Source: Lingula anatina
Lineage: Eukaryota; Animalia; Brachiopoda
Assembly: GCA_051362555.1 (NCBI GenBank)
Contig: CM120640.1
Span: 64,830,788 to 64,894,787 of the forward strand
Direction of reading: 5' to 3'
DNA length: 64,000 nucleotides
A program made the position numbers and the translations under genes. How positions within the stretch are numbered: position 1 is the stretch's first letter; each line of letters begins with the position of its first letter. The notes under the pieces were generated by a model. It was not told the DNA's origin and ran no database searches. It saw nothing but the letters and a program-made list of their open reading frames with translations. This document shows, piece by piece, positions 12,901-25,074 of the stretch.

Positions 12901-15573
12901 CTTAAGAAAAATAGACATTTCCTCTCCGCCTATTTAAAATTGAATTATCACAAATATAAAATGAGAGGTAAATCATGGCGTTTTTTTTTCAGAAAAACAT
13001 TTGCAAGAAAGTTGAACAGTCTGATAGATTTATTAAATACAAACAAGCAAAAATTTAAATCTTTTGAAACACGCGAGCTCGTCTGTGCAATATCCTATTC
13101 TACAGAAAAATATGCCGTGTATTCTAGTACTCCAGACTGTGTAATAGAATATGTCGGTAAATTGCACCGCACCACTTCATCTTTATGCAAAAAATGTTGA
13201 CAAACGAAGCAGGTGCAGATTTAATGATATTCTCCGTCCAGATTTCACGAGCTTTTAAGCAAACTCTTTCCCACAAACAATTACTAGTGCCTTGTAGTCA
13301 CATTAATCACATGCACGTCAGTTTTATCGAAAAAATCAACCAACGTCAGACCCGGTAGAATATATTGAAAGAAAGGTGACACTAAACTGAAATATTTTAT
13401 GCAAATAACAACATTTCAAGTCATGATTTATGGAGAATGAAGATCATACTGTCTTTGAATTATATAGTAGGATAAGAAGAGCACAGAGACTCGTCTGCTT
13501 CATTGCGCTTTGAGATAAGGGCCCGCGCGCTTAATTATCATTACGGAAGGTGCAACCGTATATCTCTGACCTGGTGCATTGAGCAAAAGTTCCTTATCTG
13601 AACTGAGAGATACCAGTAGACGTATTACTTATCTCAGTAGGAAATAATCATTAAATGAGAAAAAAACATTGCCGCATGCCATTTTTTTTTTACTTTTATC
13701 TATCGATCTGAAGATGTTATCAAGACAAAATTTTGATACTGTTAAAAGTTTCCGCTACATTAGTTATGCCTAGGACCCACTACTAAACAACATGGGCCTA
13801 TGTTATGCGAAGTACCACTGATTCTCCACTTGGCGTCGCGCCGGCTATAAAATAAATGACATCTCGTGTTTTCCAGACCATCTGCCTTTTTTTAATCGGC
13901 GCCTTGTAGAATCGTCATGTAGAGATGACATCTTTCACTCCTCTGCGACTCCCGTTCCCTTTTGACGGGATGCCACTGACGACCCCTCGCCAGGCACGTG
14001 CATAGTCCAAACACGCCATACGTTATCTTTCAGAAAGTATAATTTGGTAGTAAAGATGCAGATTTTATTTCGTGACCAAGAGCAGTAATACACGTTTTCA
14101 TCGCAGACACGCTTATTGCGTTGTGCCTACTGCCAGAATAATTTGTCATTTCATACCACTATTCATTTCATTCATTCATTTTCATCTTGGTTATTTTTTT
14201 TTAGACATCACCGGCATATTTACTCGGTAGAAATGCACCAGGTATTCGCATCATAACGTTATGAGTGTTTCAGCATTGTAGTGGGACAATCACTCAAATT
14301 CTTGCACGTATTTGCACAGTTTTATGTTGCAGTCGATTGCTTTAATGGAGAAAGATTAACACCACTTGTACATTGCTTGCAGAGAAAAAATCATCTAGTG
14401 GAAGCGCTTAAAATATAAAAAGCACCTAACTTGATTTATACAACGAACTTGAACCCAGCCGTTCATGACCGTTATTGGACGAATAACAGGTACGGACTGA
14501 AGGCGTCTTTCTTCAATAAAATCACACCTTTTGTTTAAATCTATGCATTCTTCAAATTAAATAAAAGCCGAAACAACAAATTTTGGTTTTAAAATCAACC
14601 TTAATCCTTAAAGGAATTTATCTTTTATAAAACCAGAAGCGAGATCTTTGGAATGGTCCTTTTAAGAAAGAGACTGTTGCCACGCCACAAATTTCAAGGT
14701 GGTCTTGGTATTCAGTGTGTCCCAAATATCTTCTCACTGTGTTCACTTGCTGATATAACTAAATTGTAACACAGGTTTTAGTCATGTGTCGCCTTATGGG
14801 ACAATCCCCCGAATTGCGAAGTCAGATTACCCCGATAATCCACTATGCCACTGCCACCGTTTCGACTTTCACACGGTCGGAAAGCTTGCTTTTCAGCTAT
14901 ATCGCCGTAACCTTGCAATCCAAACGATGTTAGAGATAATTCCTAAGCCACTAACAGTACTGAATGTCAATACAAAACGCAAGGATTTTATATCAAATCT
15001 CGCTGCGTATTAATCGTGTTTTTGGAACGCTCCATGAGGCAAATCTGTTAAGCGACACTATTTATGCTGTTCGTGGGATGGGAGACTTACAACCCGAGTG
15101 GCAGTGGTATAATAGGAATGCCCGCATTTCAATGTCAACGTTAATAGCCAAACTACTGTCAATTCTTTGAGTGTAATCAGTTAGACCGAACCCACATAAT
15201 CCCCCCTGTACTGTCAGTGTTGGAACTCGAATATGACAGCATGAATGGGGGCCTAATTGAGATTTTATTCACTTATGAATAGTCCGGGGCCTCGTTGCCC
15301 AACCTCGACCGAGAGATACGCTGAGGTAAACAGTGAAATGGTTTTACTGTGGGACATGAGGGGCGACTTATGTGCTACTGTCAATATAGAGAGTAAACAC
15401 CAAAAGGGGGACAAAGTTGTTAAAGAGAATTCTTTTCACACACCCCTTGTTCTTGTACTGAGTACACACACTAGTTAAGTTAAGAAGCGCCCATACCGGA
15501 CTGACTTACCTGTGCTTTCTGAGGTTACGAAGCGTAACAATCCAAGGACGACAACACAGCTGAAGTCCCACAT
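4096..15573 (-). CDS. Type I membrane protein: signal peptide - Ig domain - LNR - LNR - NOD - NODP - stalk - TM - short tail (about 481 aa)
   Basis: Exons 15573-15510 (MWDFSCVVVLGLLRFVTSEST, phase 1); 6685-6323 (Ig: IQWTRNG...SLLRIRSVQPADLGKYSCHI); 6036-5526 (CRSKFLNGQCDSECNGPEELFDGFDC, CNRLYDNYCRRSFANGVCDRGCRAEGCAYDGGDC, GKFVAVTSQEPDVLKVDLKAFLWRLSRLLRT); 5303-5167 (GSAVYLKLVNANCDLYCLQTAEMVTNYIA); 4466-4096 (TM LGILIGAGLGLVALLILVIGVVCICA, tail, TGA). All junctions GT-AG with phases 1,1,2,1; total 1446 nt. The link to exon 1 is less certain than exons 2-5. Confidence 0.85.
9922..9970. repeat. (GA)n microsatellite
   Basis: Direct reading. Confidence 0.95.
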
Positions 15574-18457
15574 TTCTGCTTTTCCTTTCTATCTATCCAA
15601 GAAGTCGCCTTCTCTGACTAAATCGTCCCATGTCTTAACCTTTTTTCTTGCTTGTGCCTTCTACTATGAACGCTGTTAACTATGTGCTTTTTTAGTGGTA
15701 CTACTTGTGGAGCGCTCTGCGTTATTGACTGGTCGTTACTGAACTCGTGGGCCGCGGTTGACACAGATCATCTTACAGGGATCAGCCGCTTTCGGGTGAC
15801 ACGGAGCACTACGCCGTCAGTTGCGGTTATACAGCTCGTATGTCAACTACAGTGCTGTCGTTTGTCAGCAATGGATAAGGGCAGAATATAACAGCCGCCT
15901 TCCCCAGAGATGTGCTTTTTAGGAAGAATGAAAAATGAACTTAAAGTCCTTGCTCACTTCTAAACTCAGGTGCACCTTTTTGTTTTGTCACTGGAAAACG
16001 GCCACGGTGAATGTAAAATATCTACTTAGATGGTATTTGAAAAAGTCGCTGAAATTTGAATTTTATCTGCTGAAGCGTGGCTGTCTACCACAGACGTTCT
16101 GCGTTCCGTTGTCAAGTTTCCGCCAGCCACATGGTCCCGGCCTTGATTTAACTTAAGTTATGAATCACGGCCTCCTTATCAGCAATTCAACGAGGAGATG
16201 TAGAAAATCACCCGTGCGAAAATGACAGATGGTTGCGGGCCACCTATCCCATAAGCCCCTAATATAACTCGGCTCGTTTTCTACCCGAGTCGAGATAGTG
16301 GATGCAACAAATACTTCTTACAGCGTCCCGAACAAAACGCTATTGGTCCTTGTCGTTTGGTCTGTAAGACTGATAGACAGAGCAAACACTCAATATCCTT
16401 ACACAAACAAGCACAGTGATTGGCTGTTTTTGATGCATCTAGGACACCAGGTCTTTATCAATGGAAAGTATTTGTTTGAGATCTGCCCTGATTTTGTTAG
16501 GTAAATAATTGCAACACCTGTGTGTTTTCTTTGCCATCCGCGCGCGCCTCTTTAGAAAGTTCCCTCTAATACTCGCGCGCCTATCTGTAGAAACTCCCCG
16601 CACGGCAGACTGGCAAAATAACCAACATATGGATATTAATAATATACATTTTAGAGAGGGGAGGGGTCATCAATATACAAAGCGTTCGCGGGGTATTAAT
16701 GCCACTAATACCCAATTTACTTGATTTACTTTCATTAGCCTTTTCGTTCCTTTGGCGCATTATTCAGAGAGGCTTTTCATACTTTTCACTCCATTGCCAT
16801 CTGTGGCTAGGATTGGATAAATAGTGCTTAGTCCGTATTATACCAATCCAAAATATTTGCCTTCCAATCAGCAATGGAAACTTCCGCCTGAACGGAGGGG
16901 TTGATTTACAGGGCTTTAATTGTGTTTTTAAAGAGGTTCGTTGACACTCAGCGGGGATAAGTAAATCTCTTTAGTCTTGTAACCGTAAGTAGCGTACCTT
17001 AATCGAGGTGCCCTTTGAACACGAAACTACGCCATACCTCCAGAAAGACACGAAGATTAGCAGAATTAATTCCACTCCTAGCAGGGGTAGTCATGTTAAA
17101 CAATACCAGTCGTAAATAATCTTTCAAGCAACAAACAAGATTACATTACTGATAAACAATTATTCAATTTAGAATGGACAATGCATTTGATCAAAAAGAC
17201 CATTTTTAGGTTTCAACTATCATGGATTTAACCTATGTCAGTGATATAGAAGTCGAAAGTTCAAGTGGTAGACGTTTTAAAACTTCCTCATTTTACTATT
17301 TCCCCTGACACTCTTATCAAAGATTCAGGCATAGAATATGAGATATGAAATCGCGCTGTCTATTAACTGAGATAAACGTTTGTATTCTATGACCTACCAC
17401 GGGAGCATTTCTACTGAAATTTATACTGAAATATAAGTTTTTTAATATAATTTTCAAAAACTAACCCTTCGATCACTTACAGAGTGATTATACCTCTACT
17501 AATTCTATAGCATGTAGAATGAAAAATTCAGGCACGTTTTCTGTTTTTATTTATACGCAAGATTTGATGTCTTTGCAATGACTTATGTTCCCGCATAGAA
17601 ATAGTGTTGTGCACGGACGAACAAGAATCTAAGGGCTGGCTATATTGCATTCAAATTGTTAACGTGTCATAGGCATTACGCATGACAGAGCAAAACACAA
17701 CAGCGTGTGTCCGGGCGCATGCTTCAAGAAGCAATACGCGACAAGGACCCTCGTAAAACAGCGACTTCCTGTACTGAGCAGTCCCCAGACTTTATCGAAT
17801 CGTCACTTGTTTTGTATCATCGAAAATGCGTTAGGAGAGCAGAAAGTTTTCCAAGACAATGACGAAATCACAGCCATGCATGAATAATTACAATTGATTA
17901 ATAAATGTGATGGTTTGTGCTTTATTTGTCCTGGTAAAAAATTAAAATTGATTTCAAACTTCAAATCTTGAAACAGGATTGTTGGAATTTATACCGACTT
18001 CTTAGATCTTCCCATTTTCTTATTTACAAAATCTGCGAGTAAGTTTCAAGGGCATATTGCATCTTTTCAAGTCATGTTCTTCGCAAAATCTTATATATGC
18101 AAAAAAATATGTTTCGTATACGTTTCGGTTGTTTTAAGATAAGGCAATTCACCAACGGGTAGCTGGTGAGGATGTAATTGCCGATAAAGTCAAAATTCAC
18201 TAAATATCTTAACCCAGATCCTACAAATAGTCTCCTTAGAAGAACAATCGGTAAGCTACTGTTTATAAGTTGCTTATTTCATAAAAGTTTTGGCCCTATG
18301 TCTATAGGCTGTTGTCGTATGTAACCTTTATTTCTGTTTGCCTTTGCACGCACGTCACGTACCACCCTGCTCTATTTCTCTGCTAGAATGCGACTCTGCA
18401 TAAAAGTGGCCCATCAACGACGTCCATGCTACACCTTGTTATGTAAATATTTCCACC

Positions 18458-21286
18458 ATGAGTAAAACTAACGGTGAAGACAGTGGGATACCCATGCAGC
18501 GTTTGTCTGACTCGGTCACTCCCTCTGCCGGTCAAATAACAGAGAGTGAAGCCACGATAAAGAATCCAGGTAAAGGAAGTGAACTAGCTTTTGAGACCCA
18601 ACTAGAATCAAACATTTATCTTCTATCCTAGGTCGCAACTATAACCTTGACAGCCTTCAGTATTAGTTTGTTACTCGACAGTGCAGGCCAAAGGCCATTA
18701 ATATGTAGTCGTTACACCAGTAAAAGGAGCATCGTCAAATACCAAAACAAGGCCATACAAAACTTATAAGTTGGTTAACGAGCGGCAACTCTCTGTAAAC
18801 AGGGTCAGTAGTCATTTTTTTCCTGATTTTTGTAATGATTCAAACACTTGATGTATAATGAGGGAAGCAGCTGGAATACAGGGTCCCTATTTTTCTATTT
18901 TAGTCTATGGGGATGCATTTTTCACTTGAAAAAAAACATCTGATTTCCTCAAAAAATTGGATGGGTCTCGCTCATTAACTAACTCATCATTGAACGTGTT
19001 TTATCTCGACATTTAAGGTTTTTTAAAAAAGAATATCAATATCATATTTACGTATGGAATGCTGACAAAAATCTTCACTTGTTATTTTATCATAATAAAG
19101 GCAATGCTAATTGGTCGCCATAACAAAGAGTCAAGTCACACAGGGTGGCTTTCCCAGTCTCCAATGCAGTATAGCTATGGAATGCATTGAATCGAGATTA
19201 TAATTCTTTTTTCCACTTTTTACCAATTATTTTAAGAAAAAGATAAAGTTTTACAACAAATCCATTAGCACAATATTTATGAATATAGGAAGCAAAGACC
19301 AAACATCCCTGTATTCCTTTGACCACTTAATTTTTCAGAAGACACTCTATTCTCAAGATGGTGCTTGTCCTTGACACTTGCCATTCTCTGTTTTGTGAGC
19401 ATCATTGCTATCACCTGTGCTGCGGTGGCTCTGTCCCGTCCACCAGGAGCTACAGTCACCATAGAAGGTGACAACAGAACAGTGTCATCTAGCCAGCAGA
19501 CGGAGACACTATCGAGCTCCAGTACAAGCGGTGGCTCGCAAGGCGCCAAGAAAAGAATATGGTTGGTTGCAGTGGGGCACGACTATGGAGCACATGATTA
19601 CATGTAGGTTTTTCTTTACTCTTGGATACAGTTTACTTTGAGATATCCTGAGTGAAATTCTTCAAAGAGCTCATACATTTGCAGGGTCCATATATGCATG
19701 TATTATAAAAAAAAAAATGATGAAAATTTATAAATCTCAGTCTGCAGATGAAATGTCACTTTTGTATAACTTAAGTTTTCAGTATTTATACTCTTTTTTT
19801 AAATTACTTATGTTTTCAGCGACGAAAGTGGTTACCTTGCAGGGTTTAACCAAGATATTGTAGATGCAGGTAAAAACATGTAATCACATAACATGTGCTG
19901 TGCATCGTATGGAGGTTTCTTTGAAAACCTGTAATAAAATTGAGCAACAGTACATGTGTATCTTAGCAGTAGGCTAAGCATGTAAAAACTATTAAATAGA
20001 TTTTTACAAGGTATATTTGCGTAGGCCACGTTATTTCGATGCCATAGCAAATATGACAGATATGCTATACGCATCTACAATATCTTCATTTTATAGTGTG
20101 CAGGGAGGCCAACATGGACTGCAGAACAGTGTGGGACAAATATTCCAATTGCTGGGCCTCAGCAGGCGGACAACATGCTGTCGGAGGTCAAGGTCGGACA
20201 TTCTCTTTGACTGCATTTCCAGTTTTAGGTTTTGGCGGCTTTATACTAAGTGTACGTGTGTTAAGTCAGCAGAAAGTTTCACCACGACTTCTGACCTCAG
20301 GAAGGCAATCTAACGGTATTACAACAGCGGTGGGCGGGACAACAGCACGATCAGATTGGCTTCCTGTGGTAAGAAATCTTATCTAAGTCGCCGCAACTTG
20401 TCTGAATATGTAGCTTCCCCTGTCTCTCTTCTACTCTGTATGAAATTATTTAGTTAATAGGTCTACATGCTACTGCATCTTGCTAGATTATTTCAAACAT
20501 TTGTACACGTATATATATATACACGTATATGGACAGATCACTAAACCATGCAGTACTCTCTCCCACGCTAGGTCTGATGGCCGGGTGGTACGATGCCTGC
20601 ACTGGTTGGGCGGCGACGGTAGACAGGTTGGCAGTCTTCTCATTTTCTGTGCCATTTATCAAAACAACACGCTCCTTCTTCTTCGTCTCTAAAAATAGCA
20701 CTGCAAGTTTTGACTGGAGAGACATCACTGGAAAGAAAATCGGTGAGGGACGGTACCGATTTTTTCTTCACCAGGTCATAATTAGCATTCTCTTTTCCTC
20801 TTTTCTGTCGGTCACTTAAATTACAGACCATATTTAGAAATGCTTTTAAAATTGTACCTGTTGTACATTCTCCTCTACCACAATATTACTTGTTGTTTTG
20901 CACCTTTTGGTGATATCATATAGAGATACATGTATCTAGAGTCCACTACAGCAATGGCAGTACAGAAAAACTCTATGATTAACGTGTAGTACGATTTAAG
21001 TGATGAATAAATTTGGTCAGCTCAAACTATCATTTATTTTTGTGGTTATGCCCCCCCCCCCGCCCTGTTTCGAAAATATTCAGTATAAAGCACTTTTTCT
21101 GCATGCACGTTTCTACATTTGTCCGACCATCTCAACTTGCAGGGTTTCTCCATGGCTGGGCAAGCAATGACAAGTGCGTGGCCCGCTGGACGGCAGTGTC
21201 CGGGTCGGTGTTGAGAGAGGAACAAAAATTTACAGTGGCAAGCCCTGCCCAGTTAAGAGATAGCATACTTAGTGGCACGGTAATTT

Positions 21287-21347
<61 letters not shown>

Positions 21348-22438
21348 GTTGCCTCAATCAGTCTTTGGAAAAATATGTATAATGCTATTTTAAAGTAGGA
21401 TTAATATTTATCTGCATTTGGATACAAAAACATGTAGAACGAAAGATCATAAACCACGAACCACTCCAGTTAAACCTTCGTTTCACTAGGTCTCGATGCC
21501 ATCTCCTTACCATACAATTAAATTATTGCTGTTGTTTTTACATGTTCTCACTTTTCAAGGTGGATGCAGGCTTTGCCGGACAGCGGGACATGGAAGCGGA
21601 GATGACGTACCTAGACCAGGTCGGGGATGGGACCAGCTGTTTTGTTGTTGGCCAAGCCATGGTAACACGGAAGGACAGCGACTTCAACTCCTACTGGAAC
21701 GTCGGTTTCCAAAAACTTGTGTCCAGCGGGAAGTTTAAGAAGCTTTGCGAAGAAACAGAAAAGAAACACGGTAGGTCTCTTTTTAGTTTGTAAAATGCCC
21801 TATATACACTTCCGTTATTTGGTTAAAAAATATAAGTTTTGTTCAAAAATTAACAGAAATCTCGCTACCAGCAGTCTCTTTGTTGGCAACCGTCGGAATC
21901 GTTTTAAGCCATTTTAGTGGCAGCCCCCTCCCAATGTTTACCAGCGTGTCTAGTTTTCTTTTTGGTAAAGTAAGCTCCCCTTATTTCAAACTAATTAAAA
22001 CCCTTGGCTGTTTGATCATAATGGTAATTGTTGTACTTTACCAATCTTGTTATTTACAATGATATTGTCGACATTGTTGATAGCGATTTTAGTGCACCAT
22101 TAAATACCAACATTTGGTCATTTGGCACGTCTCAACAATTTTAAATATTCGAAGACCACATGATGCTCTAAGATAGCGACTATATGTTCTATGGGTAGTG
22201 GCTCGCATGTTTTCCTTAGTGTAACAGATAAGCTGTTAAATTTTAAAAAATTGAACTTTAACTTTATTTTGCAAGCACAAAAACAGAAGAGTAATTTTAT
22301 TCCTCTTACATCAAAGTAAGGTTTTAAATAGGTAAGCATGAAAAAATATTTCTTCGTGTCTGAAAGGTTAGCTTATTGTTACACTTTACTTTTTAACTTT
22401 CAGGTCACAAAGGAGACATTGGCTGTGTTGAAACCTAA
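18458..22438 (+). CDS. Type II membrane-anchored solute-binding protein family 3 (PBP2; HisJ/ArgT/GlnH-like) domain protein, about 358 aa
   Basis: 8 exons: 18458-18569, 19339-19603, 19820-19869, 20097-20192, 20572-20742, 21143-21279, 21560-21770, 22404-22438 (1077 nt, phases consistent). N-terminal TM (LSLTLAILCFVSIIAITCAAVAL), Ser/Thr-rich stalk, then GYLAGFNQDIVDAVCREANMDC, GLMAGWYDAC, TVDRLAVFSFSVPF, DITGKKIGFLHG and FQKLVSSGKFKKL, in SBP_bac_3 motif order. Confidence 0.88.
21287..21347. repeat. Compound (CA)n(GA)n microsatellite in SBP-gene intron 6
   Basis: Direct reading. Confidence 0.95.
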
Positions 22439-24967
22439 GTAAAAAGTGCTTAGTGATCTTAATTTCAGCACTTACTTGCTACTCAAGTTCTTTATTTCTA
22501 ATGTGAGACCTTTCCTGTGGAATGTATAATGTCAACGCAGTGATATCCACTTTGAAAGTGATAAAGTTGGTATAAGATTTCACACTCGATGAAGACATAA
22601 ATTATAACGTCGTCCAGCAGCGCTTTAGAACCTAAAATTTTATGTCCAGGAATTAATTCCTTTATTATATGCTCTAAAGGCGTTAAGTAAAGATGTGTTG
22701 GTTACAGATAAAAATGTTTGAAAAGCGAAAAAAAAAAAGATTTTTTTCATTGAAGCCATAAAATCCTTGGTTTGGGACTGTTTGAAAAATTAGATTGATG
22801 GATATTAAAATTTTGATGAATCCGTAAAGCACTTAATGTGTAGATCATTAAAATATTCGTCTTAAGTGTCAATATAATTTTTTTTCTGCAGAGGGTCATT
22901 ACACTCAATTCGCGCGTCTATTACCCTCTTCCGGGGCCACATTTTGAATACTCACTTGATGTAATTTTTCAAAGACATGTCTCTGGCTAAATTATTAGCA
23001 GTTATAGTAACCTATGTATATCCAGCGAAATTATGAGGATTATTACAGGAAACAAATCAGAATTGTCCATCTCATCACTGACATAGTGAAAGTTAGAAAA
23101 TCAAACCACAACAACATAATTTCTCTTATTGATCATAAGCTGGTTTGATCTATTACACAATGATTTTCGTTACGTCACCGTATCCCACTATTGCTATGTA
23201 GCATAACCTCAAATTTTCGTTCTCCAGTAACTATCCAAAAATTCCTGACTCATTTGATCAAGAGTGTTTCTTTCATTTTTCATTATTGTACATAGTGTGT
23301 GTTAGATTTGCATCTGCTAGCATTACAACTCAAGTTCGAATAAAGTTTTAATACCGGTGTTTCAATTTTTCATTCAAGATGAAAGCAGACATACCGCGAA
23401 AGTTTTCATTGCAATTTTCATTGGTTGTCACTTTTTATTTCTGTAGCTACATGTACGACGGTGACCATTGACGTTCCGCTTAAATATTTGCCCTGTCGGA
23501 ATAGCTTTGACGCATGGCCATATTACTGAGCAATGTCGAGAGGAGGTGAAATGAAAAATGCTTAAAACTGAAATAAAAACGCAGTAAAATGGATTATAAA
23601 AGATTAAATCGAAAATAAAATAAACAGAATAAAATGCCGCTGAAGAAAAAAATTATATTATGTACAGGGATATTTGGTAACAACATAGACACATGATACA
23701 TCTTTTTTTATCAATTAGTCGAAGGTTGTGTGTTCAGTGACAGAGGTGAAAAATCCCTTTGTAATCTCTGCATCTGGTGTTCTTTCGGGAATGCAATGCA
23801 ACCCCAATAAATAAATAAATAAATAAATAAGATGTCACTTGCAGTTATTTGGCAGGACTTATCTTCTCAGAATTTTTTCTTAGACCGTAAATCTCGAAAG
23901 AACACAACAGTTCATGCTCTTCTCATGGTCGCATTTAATTTCTTTTTCCAATGTGCCTTACCGCTTCGTCCTGCACAACATCTATTTTGTACAAGCGGAG
24001 TTTGAAATATAGCGTTTGGCATCAGTTTTTGCCAATTATATTCACTTGCTGCAGTTCAGGCATACATAGTAGAATTTTCAATTTCTGGTTTGCTACCCGT
24101 CAACCTACCTCAACAGAAAACTTCAGTTGACAGCTGACATTTTAAAAGAAAATGTCAATTATAATGAATTGAACAGTTATTAATATCTCTTATTTTATTA
24201 TATACTTTATTTAAAAAAAAAAGAAAGAAAAAAGACCGCACCCTCTAAAGTTAACCGGATGACCTTCGGTTCCCCCGTAGTTACACCAGGATTTTCAGAT
24301 TTAAATCTACTGACGTTGTCTACATTATATATATATGGCCATACACCACCCAGGATCTCCCGTTGTTGATTCAAGGCTGGGCACAGTCTTTTATCAGCTT
24401 AGCGTCAGCAGTTTGATATTTATAACGGGATGTCCTTTATATTTTCCCCTACTTTCGTTTAGTGATATTCCATAAAAAATTCCCACAAAACCATTGCTGT
24501 TTTCTGCGAAACATGGTGTCATTATTTAGAAGGTGGGTTATTAATGGATGCCTGAGCAGCGTATCATTCAAAAGCAAGTGTTTTTTTTTTGTGATATTAT
24601 AGAAATACTTTATACAGGCTATCCGTGTAAACTTTTACAGGCTAACTGATGAATTTTCATTAATGAGAGCTACCACCAATATTCATTTAAAATGTGAACC
24701 GTTGAAACACCTATACAAAGTGGATCTCTCGCAGTGAAAAAAAAAGCAGAAAGGATGAATAGATATTCCCCATGCTGTTTACCTTTCCGATTGAGTAATC
24801 TGTGATTGGTCATGTTGTGAACATGCATTTTATGATCGAAAATATTGACAAGACGACTGCTATCTGAAGTAGGGGTTCTTCAAACTTATCCAGAATGTCA
24901 TTTTGTCAAGTACTTGTATGGGACATCAATGAGACGGTGGAAATAGGAGCGGAGCACGCTCGCCAGC

Positions 24968-24974
24968 TATTTAA
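24968..24974 (+). promoter_or_regulatory. Candidate TATA box of Kazal gene 1
   Basis: TATTTAA in a GC-richer context about 100 bp upstream of ATG 25075. Confidence 0.4.
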
Positions 24975-25074
24975 GACAATCCGTTCGGCGAGTTTTGCAG
25001 ACTGCTCGGGTTCATCCTCAAATTCACAGCCTTTTAACAGGTGCTAGAAGAATCGAGAAGTGCTTTTGTCAAAA

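Noticed and set aside
11873-13275. Su(H)/CSL-type sites (CGTGAGAA, TGTGGGAA) in intron 1 of the Ig-NRR gene
   Set aside because: Only two clear unpaired matches in about 9 kb, compatible with chance.
7000-18300. Numerous 60-90 aa ORFs in the ORF track
   Set aside because: No recognisable domains or phase-consistent exon chains apart from the 15510-15573 signal exon; treated as intronic or intergenic.
18458-22438. Bacterial contamination as the source of the SBP gene
   Set aside because: It has seven canonical spliceosomal introns and is contiguous with animal genes.
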